Notes: generated by a model from the letters alone, not told the origin. 64,000 nt of DNA from Antedon mediterranea (GCF_964355755.1 NC_092679.1:23171432-23235431); one strand, 5' to 3'; counted from the first letter of the stretch, positions 54,101-61,859 are shown. Translations and numbers: made by a program.

Positions 54101-57100
54101 GTTGGCCAACCAGATATTCCAGTTTGACAATTGCAGTGTTACTTACATTGGAAATGGATAAACCTGTTGGCCAACCAGATATTCCAGTTTGACAATTGCA
54201 GTGTTACTTACATTGGAAATGGATGAACCTGTTGGCCAACCAGATATTCCAGTTTGGCAATTGCAGTGTTACTTACATTGGAAATGGATGAACCTGTTGG
54301 CCAACCAGATATTCCAGTTTGACAATTGCAGTGTTACTTACATTGGAAATGGATGAACCTGTTGGCCAACCAGATATTCCAGTTTGACAATTGCAGTGTT
54401 ACTTACATTGGAAATGGATAAACCTGTTGGCCAACCAGATATTCCAGTTTGACAATTGCAGTGTTACTTACATTGGAAATGGATAAACATGTTGGCCAAC
54501 CAGATATTCCAGTTTGACAATTGCAGTGTTACTTACATTGGAAATGGATAAACCTGTTGGCCAACCAGATATTCCAGTTTGACAATTGCAGTGTTACTTA
54601 CATTGGAAATGGATAAACCTGTTGGCCAACCAGATATTCCAGTTTCAATAAACACAATTTATTGCTCACTACTATACATTGCTATAATACAGAACACTTA
54701 TCACGTTACTATTAATGAACCTTAATTATAGTAATTACCTTTTGATGTCATCTACACTGGTATCGATGAGATACTTGTATAAATAAAACGCCTTATCACA
54801 TGATATGATGATAAACTTATCCATGTAGTAAAACTGAGAATGCTTGATGGCACTGCTAAAGACAGACTTGGCCTAAGAATGTAATAAACAAAAAAGTTTT
54901 CAAAGAATTACTCAAAGCATCATGGTCGCCCAAGTAGAAACGTTGGGATCTTTTGAACCAAAATAAAGTCTCTCATACATACATTCAACCACAGAAAATA
55001 ATTGTAGATCTCGCAACACCATGAGCACTGCCTATTCAGCTAAATCGGAACACAATAAACATTTGAAAATAACTGAATAGGGAGACAAATTTAATTTCTG
55101 ATTGTACCAACCTTGTCAACTTTCTGTTTTTCATTGATATTTTGAAATGTTAAAATTGGTTCAGAAGATGATTTTGTCCACAATTTAACTGTTTTATCAT
55201 TTGATCCTGTTAGCAGATATTGGTTGCCATGACTCCAAGATACACAATTTACAGAACTGTCATGACCTACAAATCAAGTAAAGTTTTGAAAACATATCCT
55301 GTATGAAAATTAGATGAGAGGCAACAAAATGTGGATACATTTTACTACTAAAAAGATGTATACAGCTCGTTGAGTTTGTGCACTTTTTGTGTTCATAATC
55401 AGTGTACCATGTCCCGCATACCTGGTTCAGCCTATTATATTGTGCCAGTTCTGTGGTACATTTCATTTCGAAACCTGAGCTGCACTGACGAAGTCTAATA
55501 AGATTGAAACAGTACTGTCTGCTGATTGGATATATATATGTATATATTTACCTGTGAATGATATACATTTACTGCTCAAAGGCATTTTAAACGCCATGCT
55601 AGACTTGTTCGCTAAAGCACATGCTAAATGCTGGCCATCCCCTAAAAATAAAAAGATCATAATATAAGGACAGTTGTAAGAAATCTATACTCTTTTAAGT
55701 TCACAATCATTAATACAAAGTATCAATTGTATGTCTATGCATACATTATAGTGTCTGTGTCACTATTGTTGTAGCATTATGGCTCCTGCTTTGTTTACTG
55801 CTATAGCTGTATAGCAGCTGCTGCACTGTAGCTGCAACGATGTAGTGTAACTGCTGAATTGTTTGTATCAGTGTTGTTACTGCACTGTGGCTGCAGCAAT
55901 GTATTGTGGCTGCTGCTGCTTCGTTTGTAGCTCTGGTGCTACTGCACTGTGGCTGCAGTAATGTATTGTAGCTGCTGCTTTCTTTGTAGCATTGTTGCTA
56001 CTGTACTGTACCTTTTCTTTGTTTTTAAATTCTCACCTGAAAATGCTATTTGATGAATAGGAGTAGGCTGTTCAGCAACACTTTGTTTTACTTTCAATGT
56101 TGTTGGTGGAGGAGCATTGACAGGATATGCTTTTTGTAGAGCCCTTAAGTTAGAACAATGCAGATTAAATTATAATATGATGTTAATAACTTTATATTTA
56201 TTTTACGTTATACACATTTAACGGCAAGAAATTCCTCAATTTCAGAATGGGTATACTATCAAAAACCAGACAAAAAGACAAATTAAAGAAGAAACAACTG
56301 GTAGAAGGAACTATTTTATATCTCTATCAACCACCAACAATTAGTTAGAAAGAGAATATAAGAAGAAATTAATATGTAAAACAAACTTACTTTGCACCAC
56401 TTCCAACCTTTGCTGTTGGCTTTCCTTTTATTTTGTTGGTTTTTGGTGAAAACATATCCTGCCTAGATTTTTGTGAGTAGCCAGATGACTTTATCTTTGA
56501 ATGGAATGTGAGTGATTGATTGTCTGGAATCAATGACTTCTTTTGAGCACTACTCTTCTTTGGTTTTGTTTCTGCCTTTGATTTTGGAATAAGTTCCGAT
56601 CTTAACGGTGAACTGTCCAACAATGGTGTACTTCAAAAAAGAAGGTTAATCATGGATATTACTGTATTTGTATCGGAAAATGAAGTTGTAGTTTTATGGT
56701 TAAGATGCCTGCCTGCCTACCAATCCAAGGGTCATTAGTTCAAATCTATTCCGATGCCTTATGACAAACTACTAGTTTATGTAGAAAATCTTGTGAATGG
56801 AAATATTGTTTTTTTTTTTTTCATTTCGGTGGAAATTTGGCAGTGAATTTGGCATACTATACCTATAGCAAATATACAAGGAAAGGGAACAACAAATTAT
56901 TACATAAATAGATAAGACTTAAATAATATCAATATCGTATTTACTTTAAAGGGCTTTTTTAAAAGGAAAAAAACATTTTGCATTGGACAAGCATGAAAAT
57001 TTTTAGTCGCGTGGACGCGACTCTATAGTTCACTATGTCGGTCTGTCGGTCTGTCTGTCGGTCCGGTATCACTATGTATTTTAGAACGCGACTTATGGCT

Positions 57101-60100
57101 GTTGGCCTTGTTTTGTTTAATTCCAAATTTACTTCTGCTACCATGTATGTAGTTCACACTTTTGTTTTTACTATACTACCTTGATAACACTGTTATATCT
57201 GCCACCTGCACTGAATCAGCTTCTGAGGTGATTGCAAGATTCTCTAGACCAGTTACTTCTTTGGCGATTGCTAGGTCATGAGACGAGGTCGTTGAAGCAA
57301 AGATGGTATCAATTGAAAGCACATGCGCTTCACTTTGGAATATGCTGCCTACCAAACACCAAATCTGGAGAAAATAAATAATAGCAATATTTTTATATTA
57401 TTTTCGGCAGAAAAGGTGCCAGAGAGAGGGCACAAGAGCAACAAGACACTAATGCGTATATCATCGGTTGTCACACAAAGCTTCAATATGTGTAGATCAT
57501 GTGTCTTAGGCATGGTCATAAATGAACTTTTAGTTCCAGCTTAACTTTGACCTTAAATACATAAAAAAATAAATTGCACTGGTCCACAATTCTACACCAA
57601 CCTTTTCTTGATCATGTGACCCAGAGAAGCTGTAGGTTCCCACCAATGATATACTCTTCATTGGAGTATCTAGATTTTGTTCTGATGAAAGTGAGTCTGT
57701 GATAAAGAAAGAAAATTTGAAATTTAAATTAAAATTTAAATATATGACGTGTAATAAACTGATTTCAAAATTTGTCAGATTTTTTAACTTTTTGCCATTT
57801 TAAGGACAGAATACTTCACACTAGAATAAACATAGTATGTATATCAAGTTACCTTGAAGGTCAATGACCCTTGTGACCTCATAACTGTAGGCATTGATAA
57901 TAAGAATCGAAGCAGTTGTTCCAACAATCAATACAGGTGGCACTTCTAATAGATCTCTATGAAAAGAATAGATTGAATACATTAAAAAAATGATTGTTAG
58001 GATCCTTAATAATTAATTAATCAAGCGGTTGTGATTAAGTCTTTGGTATAGAACTCTCAAGATGATAGATATTCCATTTATAGTACTTATAAATGCATGT
58101 AATTGTAATGGTTAAAAACAACATTGATTGCGGAGGAGTCATGTGCCATCCACAAACCAATACTTGTTCTTTTGAAGAGATATAAATGTGGGGGGAAAAA
58201 TGAATTGCACAACTTTCTTCTCCCCCAAGGGTTTTTTTTTTTGTCATACACCTGCCACTAAATAGTGATCATTCGTCTGGGGGCCAAGATGGATCTGTAC
58301 ACCCGAGGTACACCCTACTCTTTCAAAAAATGCACTGGATTCTCTAAAGAGCACAAGTTTATGTGTACACTGGACCTCTAGTGCATATCTGAGCAGTGAA
58401 CCTAAGCCGTTTGTATGGCTATGGATTTCAGTACCCTTGCTTGGACACTCAACTCTGCCAGAAAGAGGGAACACCATAAAAGAGCCAATGAATATATGCA
58501 AATGATAATGTTACTCAACTGTACAACAGAACTGTTGTGTGTGAGAAATGATGGAAGATTAGCAGCACTTCTAGGCCGGGACTTTGTAGGCCTAACCCGA
58601 TAGAAAAGACCCAGTATAGTGTTTCCTGCCTCACTCTGGTCATCTTCATCATAGGTGTCGTCTGCAGTGGGCTGTTGTGTTTTCCAAGATGGCTTACTGG
58701 ATATTGTTGATGGTTCTACTGGAGAGTAAACAAAAGTTGCATTGTGCTACTGTATGTTATTATTTCTTATACAAGCAATAACAAACATTATTTCACACAG
58801 GAGTAGATTCTGGTCATTTGATTGGAGGATTGTGGGTCATATGATATTCAATAAACTACTCCAATGTTGTCATATATGAGTGCACTTTGTTATATGCATT
58901 GCAAGTTGAATGTTGCTATATGCTTGCTTATATGCACTATATAAGAATGAACTATTATTATTTACCAAGTTCTTGGTCTGTATGAAGCCTTGACACTTGT
59001 GCCTTCTGTAAGTGTTTAGCTACATCTATATGATGTAACAAACGAAACCCACTAGAATCATTCATGTCATATATACGCACCTAATAAAAAACAAAAACAT
59101 ACCAATGAAATAGTAGAAAGAAAATATAAGATTATTATAGCTGTCAAAAGCAAGACAGTGTGACTCTAGCACTACCCCCATGGATCCATACCTGCGCAAT
59201 GAGTATGTGGGAGAGTAGCATATTAAAGCAAGCCTAATATTTTTTTCCTACAATGTGAGAAAAGTTAAATTCTGAAACAAAATAGGTAGTGTGTGTAGCT
59301 TTCATCATTGTTTTGACATTTTCTACTGTGAAACAAATTACTTTATAAAAGAAGTACCTGGCCATCAGTTGAGCCTATTGCTACTTGTTCATTCTCATAA
59401 TTCCAAGCTAGACACAGAAATGGAGAACCTACAAACAAAAAAGAAGTGTTTTAAAGAAATCAGTGAAGACACAGAAATGGAGAACCTACAAACAAAAAGA
59501 AGAGTTTTAAAGAAATCAGTGAAGACACAGAAATGGAGAACCTACAAACAAAAAGAAGTGTTTTAAAGAAATCAGTCAACTATACAAACGGCTTAAACCT
59601 TTTGCAATGCACTTTGTATTTAAGCTCAGTCTGTTAGAACTGGGATTTTCAAATCGTTTTTCGATCCCTTTTCATAAATGGCCAATCAAGCATCTTTAAA
59701 TATATTGAGGTTGAAGAGTGGTCAGTTGGTAACAGTAATTCAAAATAAATAAGAGAAATTCTTTGAACCATATACTCTGCAAGAAGGAAAATGGAATAAG
59801 TTTAAGAGAGAAATATTTTTACTTTTACCTGATATTATTGTTGACTGGTATACAAGTACACTATTATTGATATCCCAAACCTAAAAAATATATATATTTT
59901 TAACTGCTTAACTGCCCATATATGAACATGATGATGTCATATTACTACCATATTTGGGCATATCACTACCATATTTGAGCACATCACACTTTTTTATCCA
60001 ACTAGTTTAATACTTGTAGAAAGAGCTTTACCTGAAATTATTACCCAAATGATACAACCTACATTTACACAACCTTTGACCTTTTGTAGCAGAAATATGA

Positions 60101-61457
60101 AAAGGCATACAGTAAAATTGTTATTAATTTGGAAAATTATCAAGGCAGAAATTCGACCCTAGCAAATCTACAACCATAATTGGAAAAAACGATAATCATT
60201 ACCTTAAATGTCCTGTCCTCCGATACAGACAATACCATCGCCTCATGATGTGGTGAAAACTCTGCACTGGTCACTCTAGCAGTGTGCCCTTCCAATGTTG
60301 TGTGCAGATGCTCAGACTGTGTATGAAATATAATATATATATAATGCCGATAAAATTACTGAGAGTGAATTCATATTGCGACCAAGTGGAAAGCTTTAAG
60401 ACTACAATACATTTATTTATTGCAAAGATTTCAACAAACCTGAGATGACAAAATGAGAACCTCTTTATCAATACAGACTGCCACCAATAAATCATCTGGA
60501 CTCAAATTAAGATGTTCAACACAGCCTGGTGTAGAAAAGATCACAACACCTCGAATTTGACTACCTGAAAAAAACCCACCAAAAATAAATACTCACCACT
60601 ACTATGGCTACTATACTTTTTTAAAAGAAGCCCATCTCGAAAAATATGCGAACTTGGGAGGTAATGTCTAAAAAATCCTATTATTGAATAGCAATTACAT
60701 TTACAGCATTTATTTCAAAAAGAAGCTCCCCTCTTTAGTTTGCAAAAGTATCTTGAAAAGAAGCCAAGCCAAGACTACTAAAAAAGAAGCCAAGTCAAGA
60801 CTACTAAAAAAGAAGCCAAGCCAAGACTACTAAAAAAGAAGCCCCTTCTTTTCAAGGTTTTAAGGTATACTACCTTGTTCATATGAAGCTCTGGCTTTAT
60901 GGACGTTCCACACTATGATGTAATCTGGTGCGGCAGTACATAGCAGAGGAGGTTGAGGCTGTGAGCCAAAGCAAACACAGCTGATTGGCTTGCTGTGCCC
61001 AACTAACTCCAAAGGCTAGTAGAAGAAAATACAAAATGTAAACACAATATTATTCCATTGAAAATGCTCCTTAATTTAAGAGTTATGTTCTGGAAAAGAA
61101 AAATTTTATTAAAAGTAAACTTTTAGGCTTATGTAAATTTCCAGGAAAACTCAGCTAGAGTTTGTGAGATAGTTGTGATCTTATCTCTAAATTCCTTTCC
61201 TATGACCATTACAGACCATACCACATAATTCTACTGGTTTTGAAGTGAAAAAACACCATTTTAGGGCTACACAACACAAATTACTTTCATCCAGCGTTTC
61301 CCTTCCTGATGTTTAACAATATTACCTTTGAAGAAATGCTCTGCAGGCTCCATACTGCCACCGATGTCCTGCCCATTGGCAGGGCTACATATGTTCCATT
61401 ACATGCTAACTGTACAGCATCACTTGATGTTTTCATACTCCATTTGTGAACAGCCAT
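55..61457 (-). CDS. WDR27: WD repeat-containing protein 27, complete multi-exon CDS span (22 coding exons, about 877 aa)
   Basis: Hand-spliced GT-AG exons give one continuous 2634-nt frame. It contains several GH...WD repeats and motifs I recall from vertebrate WDR27 (SEDRTFKVWD, QFYYMDKFII, SAINSFYSYIVLCAG, AFSPCGKYIATGSEDK, C-terminal LATASLDGKL). Confidence 0.93.
2625..2822. mobile_element. Dispersed DNA-transposon-like repeat; inverted homolog at about 20430-20670
   Basis: gggcaaaaa..attgtctgtcagacaatgg..ctttattaaaactgtaaaatggcc occurs reverse-complemented at 20461-20603. Both regions end in acaatatatctt. Confidence 0.6.
3561..3775 (+). mobile_element. Internally deleted copy of the second SINE family
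   Basis: tttgcgctgattactagctgcattatgggagtatgtttccatac is identical to 16092-16135. Confidence 0.78.
4642..5134. mobile_element. MITE family A copy (AGCTCTGTCTACAC...GTGTAGACAGAGCT), interrupted by a nested MITE
   Basis: Terminal inverted repeats. TAA/TTA flanks in most family copies suggest a PIF/Harbinger-type element. Confidence 0.8.
4736..5073. mobile_element. MITE family B, 338 bp, about 47-bp TIRs, TTA target-site duplication
   Basis: TGCACTTGTCAATTGTATGACCCACTATACGACCCCCGGGAGAGGTG and its near-perfect reverse complement ending at 5073. TTA at 4733-4735 and 5074-5076. Confidence 0.9.
6000..6420. repeat. Tandem repeat, about 170-bp unit, about 2.5 copies
   Basis: ctaaattggccaaaaagaaagtttaccaaagata at about 6000, 6171 and 6340. 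Confidence 0.92.
6940..7330. repeat. Degenerate about 15-bp minisatellite (GGACCGAGTTGAGGT-like)
   Basis: Recurrent accgagtt/accaagtt. Explains ORFs 7162..7392 and 7176..7382. Confidence 0.8.
9871..9998. mobile_element. MITE family A copy
   Basis: acactatcaaa..gtgtgat..cccaaatatggtagtgat..gtagacacagct. Confidence 0.75.
10150..10720 (-). mobile_element. Possible eroded L1/Tx1 ORF2 C-terminal remnant
   Basis: IFENQAIAVNGKKTAFVKKWF and a downstream WEKD resemble L1/Tx1 C-terminal motifs from memory. Many stops. Confidence 0.28.
12886..12984 (-). CDS. WDR27: WDR27 exon 21 (AYIFDIRGGTYVEKLTGHTDTVTDVAYHPVYSE)
   Basis: Lies within ORF 12862..13176. CAG acceptor and gtaagg donor, 99 nt. Confidence 0.94.
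13408..13504 (+). mobile_element. Second HINE-like copy
   Basis: ttttagtcgcgtg..gactcta..tcactatgtcggtcggtcggt..tggtcttgtt. Confidence 0.5.
14585..14710 (+). mobile_element. Deu-type SINE core, degenerate
   Basis: gaggtctagtgtgacac..ttaaaacctagtgcacc..agagtagagggttaccctgg. Confidence 0.55.
15260..15580 (+). mobile_element. Eroded non-LTR retrotransposon RT fragment
   Basis: With one frameshift it reads VKYLGYQI...LKDDPDIQ, resembling the LINE RT thumb KYLG..DD.DI motif. Confidence 0.33.
15922..16232 (+). mobile_element. Second SINE family: tRNA-like head, CORE/Meta-like centre, L2-like 3' tail
   Basis: B box GGTTCGTATCC; ccttaggcaagatacttt..ctctccacccaggtgtataaatgggtacc; agcgcttagag..agcgctatataa and a (TAT)n tail. 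Confidence 0.8.
17865..18050 (+). CDS. Small C4HC3 RING-variant (RING-CH-like) zinc-finger ORF, status uncertain
   Basis: CIIC-x9-CFNC-x4-HRDCLLQWW-x9-CPLC. The frame stays open upstream to an AG acceptor at 17818-17819. Confidence 0.55.
   Translation: MYGMTTKNGECIICLGNKNIIWLCFNCKVLIHRDCLLQWWNYKNKYLYLCPLCKINMVETL
18049..18327. repeat. 44-bp AT-rich tandem repeat, about 6 copies, ending in an A-run
   Basis: aattaaattaaatattaaattattaaaatgtattcaataacatc repeated. Confidence 0.93.
20430..20670. mobile_element. Dispersed repeat, homolog of 2625-2822
   Basis: Reverse-complement similarity to 2625-2772. Confidence 0.6.
21700..21810 (-). mobile_element. Deu-type SINE fragment
   Basis: caccggggtaaccccctaatcatc..gggttctttaaagtgca matches 44518-44572. 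Confidence 0.75.
22483..22637. mobile_element. MITE family A copy
   Basis: ctctgtctacactatcaaa...tttgatagtgtagacagagct TIRs. Confidence 0.82.
22985..23112. mobile_element. MITE family A copy, one end lost
   Basis: TAA followed by agctctgtctacactatcaaa and internal catatcactaccatattt. Confidence 0.75.
23470..23572 (-). CDS. WDR27: WDR27 exon 20 (RCVKRLEGHQNRVHPCGLAFSPCGKYIATGSEDKS)
   Basis: AG acceptor and gtaagt donor, 103 nt, WD repeat. Confidence 0.94.
25577..25698. mobile_element. MITE family A copy
   Basis: TAA followed by agctctgtctacactatcaaa...gtagacagag. Confidence 0.78.
28341..28438 (-). CDS. WDR27: WDR27 exon 19 (GSAYVTHPSSAYDLFATSAITDAIKIWDLRTD)
   Basis: AG/GT flanks, 98 nt, KIWDLR. 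Confidence 0.93.
29325..29397 (-). mobile_element. 5' head fragment of the same SINE family
   Basis: cttaaccgctcagccactc is shared with 44709-44727. Confidence 0.6.
29914..30035 (-). CDS. WDR27: WDR27 exon 18 (YIVLCAGSDKSLEVFDMNVGKSIRVTNDVHERTIHVIKQNQ)
   Basis: Lies within ORF 29875..30063 and is preceded by the U12-like branch point ACCTTAAC. Confidence 0.93.
30482..30633. repeat. 50-bp tandem repeat, about 3 copies
   Basis: ttgatcatgatcaacactaccacaggttcacacaaaacatcaaaagtaag. Confidence 0.88.
30944..31098. repeat. Short tandem repeats: 13-bp (gattaagtgatga) x3 and 11-bp (ggttgtaacaa/ggttgtaaact) x5
   Basis: Seen directly at 30944-30985 and 31040-31098. Confidence 0.85.
32148..32490. repeat. 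22-bp minisatellite with two interspersed unit variants
   Basis: aatcccactgaaatctacaatc and aatcccactgagatatgaaatc. Confidence 0.93.
34507..34661. mobile_element. Short hAT-like MITE (CAGTGGCGTAA...TTACGCCACTG) abutting or inside a SINE
   Basis: 11-bp perfect TIR beginning CAG. No intact 8-bp TSD. Confidence 0.6.
34662..34880 (-). mobile_element. Deu-type SINE, degenerate copy
   Basis: gaaagatgcactgggttctttatagtgcacacgagc..tggacctc..ttatctgaaaagac matches the 44414 element. Confidence 0.72.
35986..36227. repeat. 48-bp perfect tandem repeat x5
   Basis: aacatgagagggttcctgaatatcagttaacccactaagctaagctgg at 35986, 36034, 36082, 36130, 36178. Confidence 0.96.
40995..41080. mobile_element. MITE family A partial copy
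   Basis: tatcactaccat..tttgatagtgtagacagct. Confidence 0.7.
41181..41278 (-). CDS. WDR27: WDR27 exon 17 (RYQSQSHYKLVNSYNLTQGKQITALSAINSFYS)
   Basis: Lies within ORF 41122..41418 and is followed by the U12-type donor GTATCCTTT. Confidence 0.93.
41332..41453. mobile_element. MITE family A copy
   Basis: agctctgcctacactatcaaa...tttgatagtgtagaca. Confidence 0.8.
42971..45454 (+). pseudogene. Nested intronless TRIM-NHL E3 ligase gene (RING, B-box1, B-box2, coiled coil, filamin/Ig-like, NHL repeats; TRIM2/3/56/71-like architecture), disrupted
   Basis: Three ORFs (42971..43222 RING; 43147..44610 B-boxes, coiled coil, filamin; 44741..45454 NHL) join into about 720 aa if one base is restored near 43199 and the 322-bp SINE is removed. 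A ttttacag acceptor lies 11 nt upstream of the ATG. Confidence 0.88.
44414..44735 (-). mobile_element. Full-length tRNA-derived SINE with Deu/Nin-like central domain, inserted in the TRIM CDS
   Basis: On the minus strand: A box TGGCTGAGCGG, B box GGTTCGAGGC, core TCGGATAAGGAC..AAACCGTAGGTCC..TTAAAGAACC..GAGTAGGGGGTTACCCCGGTG resembling the recalled DeuSINE core, and an (AAAC)n tail. Flanked by an ATTG direct repeat; excision restores the TRIM frame. Confidence 0.88.
46764..47405. repeat. Diverged tandem duplication, about 345-360 bp, rich in octamer motifs
   Basis: aaacatgca..atgtttcaa and aagtgccaagaaagcaggtgataatt..ccacctgtatttaattatgcaaa..acaacatggaaagttt each occur twice. Confidence 0.85.
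49908..50061. repeat. 42-bp tandem repeat, about 3.6 copies
   Basis: agtcttgtaaaagggctttagtggaatgcaatgtacctgtat. Explains ORF 49879..50115. Confidence 0.95.
51285..51900. repeat. Old degenerate repeat, about 170-bp period, 4 units
   Basis: aactact..agggacta..ttcttacact recurs at about 51294, 51467, 51638 and 51793. Confidence 0.7.
53991..54645. repeat. 65-bp tandem repeat x10
   Basis: agtttgacaattgcagtgttacttacattggaaatggatgaacctgttggccaaccagatattcc, near-identical copies. Confidence 0.97.
54739..54872 (-). CDS. WDR27: WDR27 exon 16 (AKSVFSSAIKHSQFYYMDKFIIISCDKAFYLYKYLIDTSVDDIK)
   Basis: QFYY.D.FI motif. AG acceptor and gtaatt donor, 134 nt. Confidence 0.93.
55112..55266 (-). CDS. WDR27: WDR27 exon 15 (GHDSSVNCVSWSHGNQYLLTGSNDKTVKLW...)
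   Basis: Canonical WD40 repeat, AG/GT flanks, 155 nt. Confidence 0.93.
55552..55641 (-). CDS. WDR27: WDR27 exon 14 (GDGQHLACALANKSSMAFKMPLSSKCISFT)
   Basis: Overlaps ORF 55463..55660. AG/GT flanks, 90 nt. Confidence 0.92.
55770..56010. repeat. Degenerate CTG/GCT-rich repeat, about 60-bp period
   Basis: ctgcactgtggctgcag..atgtattgt..gctgctgct recurs. Confidence 0.75.
56037..56143 (-). CDS. WDR27: WDR27 exon 13 (ALQKAYPVNAPPPTTLKVKQSVAEQPTPIHQIAFS)
   Basis: AG acceptor and gtgag donor, 107 nt. Confidence 0.9.
56391..56630 (-). CDS. WDR27: WDR27 exon 12 (TPLLDSSPLRSEL...NQSLTFHSKIKSSGY...MFSPKTN...)
   Basis: Overlaps ORF 56387..56623. LTFHSKIKSSGY and MFSPKTN are WDR27-like. gtaagt donor. 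Confidence 0.93.
57003..57112 (+). mobile_element. Helentron-associated (DINE-1/HINE-like) non-autonomous element
   Basis: T-run insertion site, AGTCGCGT/ACGCGACT sub-terminal inverted repeats, GTCT/GTCG microsatellite, 3' ggccttgtt. A related copy is at 13408. Confidence 0.55.
57180..57364 (-). CDS. WDR27: WDR27 exon 11 (IWCLVGSIFQSEAHVLSID...ADITVLS)
   Basis: AG/GT flanks, 185 nt, phase-consistent. Confidence 0.87.
57602..57696 (-). CDS. WDR27: WDR27 exon 10 (DSLSSEQNLDTPMKSISLVGTYSFSGSHDQEK)
   Basis: AG/GT flanks, 95 nt, phase-consistent. Confidence 0.85.
57853..57956 (-). CDS. WDR27: WDR27 exon 9 (DLLEVPPVLIVGTTASILIINAYSYEVTRVIDLQ)
   Basis: Polypyrimidine tract plus TAG acceptor, gtaac donor. 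Confidence 0.85.
58295..58455 (-). mobile_element. Deu-type SINE, degenerate copy
   Basis: ccctactctttc..tgcactggattctctaaagagcac..tgtgtacactggacctc. Confidence 0.7.
58520..58718 (-). CDS. WDR27: WDR27 exon 8 (VEPSTISSKPSWKTQQ...GNTILGLFYR...HNSSVV)
   Basis: Open in the expected phase, with a NAGNAG acceptor (CAGTAG). The donor is ambiguous: exon end at 58520 or 58515. Confidence 0.75.
58966..59080 (-). CDS. WDR27: WDR27 exon 7 (VRIYDMNDSSGFRLLHHIDVAKHLQKAQVSRLHTDQEL)
   Basis: AG/GT flanks, 115 nt. Confidence 0.9.
59358..59428 (-). CDS. WDR27: WDR27 exon 6 (GSPFLCLAWNYENEQVAIGSTDGQ)
   Basis: AG/GT flanks, 71 nt. Its acceptor is tandemly triplicated (see findings). Confidence 0.9.
59411..59576. 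repeat. 56-57-bp tandem repeat x3 spanning the exon 6 splice acceptor
   Basis: gacacagaaatggagaacctacaaacaaaaa(a)gaagtgttttaaagaaatcagtgaa at 59411, 59468 and 59524. Confidence 0.95.
59829..59880 (-). CDS. WDR27: WDR27 exon 5 (VWDINNSVLVYQSTIIS)
   Basis: AG/GT flanks, 52 nt, completes the WD dipeptide of the preceding repeat. Confidence 0.9.
59912..60027. mobile_element. MITE family A partial copy
   Basis: gcccatatatg..catatcactaccatatttg..gtagaaagagct followed by TTA. Confidence 0.7.
60203..60316 (-). CDS. WDR27: WDR27 exon 4 (SEHLHTTLEGHTARVTSAEFSPHHEAMVLSVSEDRTFK)
   Basis: AG/GT flanks, 114 nt, WD repeat. Confidence 0.93.
60440..60564 (-). CDS. WDR27: WDR27 exon 3 (GSQIRGVVIFSTPGCVEHLNLSPDDLLVAVCIDKEVLILSSQ)
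   Basis: AG/GT flanks, 125 nt, phase 1 to 0. Confidence 0.9.
60756..60843. repeat. 26-bp tandem repeat x3
   Basis: aaaagaagccaagccaagactactaa. Confidence 0.9.
60874..61015 (-). CDS. WDR27: WDR27 exon 2 (PLELVGHSKPISCVCFGSQPQPPLLCTAAPDYIIVWNVHKARASYEQ)
   Basis: AG/GT flanks, 142 nt, WD repeat GH...WN. Confidence 0.92.
61326..61457 (-). CDS. WDR27: WDR27 coding exon 1 (MAVHKWSMKTSSDAVQLACNGTYVALPMGRTSVAVWSLQSISSK)
   Basis: ATG at 61457. An acceptor (tttctgttag, AG at 61472-61471) just upstream implies a non-coding exon further 5'. Donor gtaat, phase 0. Confidence 0.85.
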
Positions 61458-61859
61458 GTTTAGTTTATATCTAACAGAAAATAATTCAATTTGTTGTCTA
61501 GAACTAATATTATAGCTATTGTAATATGTCGCATGAAGTTGAGTTAAATGTGTTCTGTGTAAATACTTATTTGGACCTTTTAATCACATTGAGTGTATGG
61601 TACGGGTATGGGTAACCACAACTTGTTACAAGGGGTTCCACGTTGTCGACATAAGCCGCAGCGCTCGCACTCCGGTTCTGTTAGTGTTAGTTAAATTTTA
61701 TTTTGGTCGAGATAAAATTAGAAGAGTAAAAATAATAGTATTAATACATTATTATCACAAAAGTATCATATCAGAGTCAGTATCACCTTTTTAAGTTTTA
61801 AATTTATTAGGCCTACATAAAAAAAAAAATTCTTACATCAAATACCTTAACTCTATCAT

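Noticed and set aside
59291-59566. Plus-strand ORF with DTEMENLQTK repeats
   Set aside because: Antisense reading of WDR27 exon 6 and the triplicated acceptor.
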